A stretch of DNA of 40,135 nt from contig JBPCSL010000046.1 in NCBI GenBank assembly GCA_051007175.1, positions 1-40,135 on the forward strand, in the 5' to 3' direction. Under the pieces are notes generated by a model, which had not been told where the DNA came from, did no database searches, and saw nothing but the letters and a program-made list of their open reading frames with translations. Source of the DNA: Candidatus Nanopelagicales bacterium (GTDB lineage: Bacteria; Actinomycetota; Actinomycetes; S36-B12). Both the position numbers and the translations under genes were made by a program. Of this stretch, positions 39,005 through 40,135 are shown piece by piece (positions within the stretch are counted from its first letter, which is position 1; each line of letters opens with the position of its first letter).

Positions 39005-39078
39005 CAGCATATGAGAGGTCAATCGCTCGCCCTTTCCGCATTTGCGGTCTAGAATCCCCATTCATGACTCATTTGCGG
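39005..39078. promoter_or_regulatory. Three phased operator-like sites plus -10 TAGAAT of the mod operon
   Basis: CAGCATATGAGA (39005), CCGCATTTGCGG (39036), ACTCATTTGCGG (39067); TAGAAT at 39050-39055. Confidence 0.6.
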
Positions 39079-39468
39079 ATCTCTGAGGCGGCCGAGTACC
39101 TCGGCGTGAGCGATGACACCCTGCGCCGCTGGATCGAGGCGGGGCGGCTGGCCTCGACCTCGGACTCCGGCGGGCGACAGGTGGTGGACAGCGCGGAGGT
39201 GGCCCGGCTGCTGCAGGAGACGGCCGCCCCGCTCCCCGCCGAGACGGCGCCCATCGTGGGCCGGTCCGCGCGCAACCGCTTTGCCGGGGTCGTCACCCGG
39301 GTCGTGCGCGACACCGTGATGGCCCAGGTGGAGATCCAGGCGGGGCCGCATCGCTTCGTGTCGCTGCTGAGCGCCGAGGCCGTCGACGAGCTTGGCCTCG
39401 AGCCCGGATCACTGGCCATCGCGACCGTGAAGGCCACCAACGTGGGAGTGGAGGTCCCCGGCGCATGA
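39064..39468 (+). CDS. HTH (excisionase/MerR-like)-TOBE molybdate-binding regulator
   Basis: LRISEAAEYLGVSDDTLRRW HTH; SARNRF...MAQVEI...VKATNV Mop/TOBE domain; ATGA-coupled to modA. Confidence 0.9.
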   Translation: MTHLRISEAAEYLGVSDDTLRRWIEAGRLASTSDSGGRQVVDSAEVARLLQETAAPLPAETAPIVGRSARNRFAGVVTRVVRDTVMAQVEIQAGPHRFVSLLSAEAVDELGLEPGSLAIATVKATNVGVEVPGA

Positions 39469-40135
39469 GAGGGACACGGACCCTGGCGGCCCTGGCCGTC
39501 ATCGCATCGATCGCGCTCGCCGGCACGGCCTGCTCGTCAGGCTCGTCGGACTCGTCGAGCTCGTCGTCAAGTGAGAGCACCACGATCACGGTGGGCGCCG
39601 CCTCGTCCCTCACCGATGTCTTCGCGGTCATCGCCGACTCGTTCACGAAGGCGACCGGCATCAGCGTGACGTTCTCCTTCGCCGCGAGCAGTGCCGTCGC
39701 CGAGCAGATCCGCGGAGGTGCTCCCCTCGACGTCTTCGCGTCCGCCGGCAAGACCTCGATGGATCCCCTCGCAAGCGAAGGCGTCGTCACGGGGGTCTCG
39801 GACTTCGCGGCCAACTCCCTCGAGATCGCCGTGCCCCCGGGCAATCCCGCCGGCGTCACGGGGCTGGCCGACCTGACCCGGGTGAAGGTCGTGGTGTGCG
39901 AGGAGCAGGTCCCGTGCGGGGTCGCCGCCCAGAAGCTCTTCGACGCCAACTCCCTCACCGTCAGGCCGGTGAGCCTCGAGCCAGACGTGCGCGCGGTGCT
40001 CGCCAAGGTCGAGGCGGACGAGGCGGACGCCGGCATCGTCTACGTCACCGACGTGAAGGCCGCGGGCGGCATGATCATCGGCGTGCCGATTCCGTCGGAC
40101 CAGAACGTCACGAGCACCTATCAGGCGGGCGTGAC
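39465..40135 (+). CDS. modA: Molybdate ABC transporter substrate-binding protein (partial, runs off window end)
   Basis: Signal peptide ending at Cys (LAGTAC), Ser-rich linker, AASSLTD, GAPLDVFASA, VPCG and EADAGIVYVTD motifs. Confidence 0.92.
   Translation, partial: MRGTRTLAALAVIASIALAGTACSSGSSDSSSSSSSESTTITVGAASSLTDVFAVIADSFTKATGISVTFSFAASSAVAEQIRGGAPLDVFASAGKTSMDPLASEGVVTGVSDFAANSLEIAVPPGNPAGVTGLADLTRVKVVVCEEQVPCGVAAQKLFDANSLTVRPVSLEPDVRAVLAKVEADEADAGIVYVTDVKAAGGMIIGVPIPSDQNVTSTYQAGV

Noticed and set aside
39064-39468. Excisionase-like HTH as a sign of a mobile element
   Set aside because: Fused to a TOBE domain and coupled to modA; no integrase or att sites seen.

Overview
High-GC Actinomycetota core-genome region, almost all on the minus strand. 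In coordinate order: pyrimidine operon (partial carB, carA, membrane protein, pyrC, pyrB, pyrR with a PyrR-binding leader hairpin), a ZIP-like transporter, pyk, gltD/gltB, lgt and a DsbA-like protein. Then a combined trp-his cluster (trpA/B/C, DUF2752, an inserted OmpR-family two-component system, HGxxPAAW, TIGR02234-like, trpE, hisI, hisF, priA, hisH, hisB, hisC, hisD). Then a divergent LON-domain/ybaK pair, a DUF2567-like gene, dnaE, an unassigned secreted protein, a RluA-family pseudouridine synthase, lspA, a DksA/TraR protein with a long histone-like PAKKAA tail, and a divergent HTH-TOBE regulator plus partial modA. I saw no RNA genes, mobile elements, CRISPR arrays or inteins, and no clearly new multi-gene system. 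The best leads are regulatory: three operator-like sites in exact 31-bp phase between the dksA-like gene and the mod operon, a gltB leader that folds over its likely start codon, many leaderless-type promoters (including a 29-bp divergent pair), the two-component system inside the his-trp cluster, an atypical PriA motif, and a Met-rich CxxC secreted protein. All calls come from motif recognition by eye; no searches were run.
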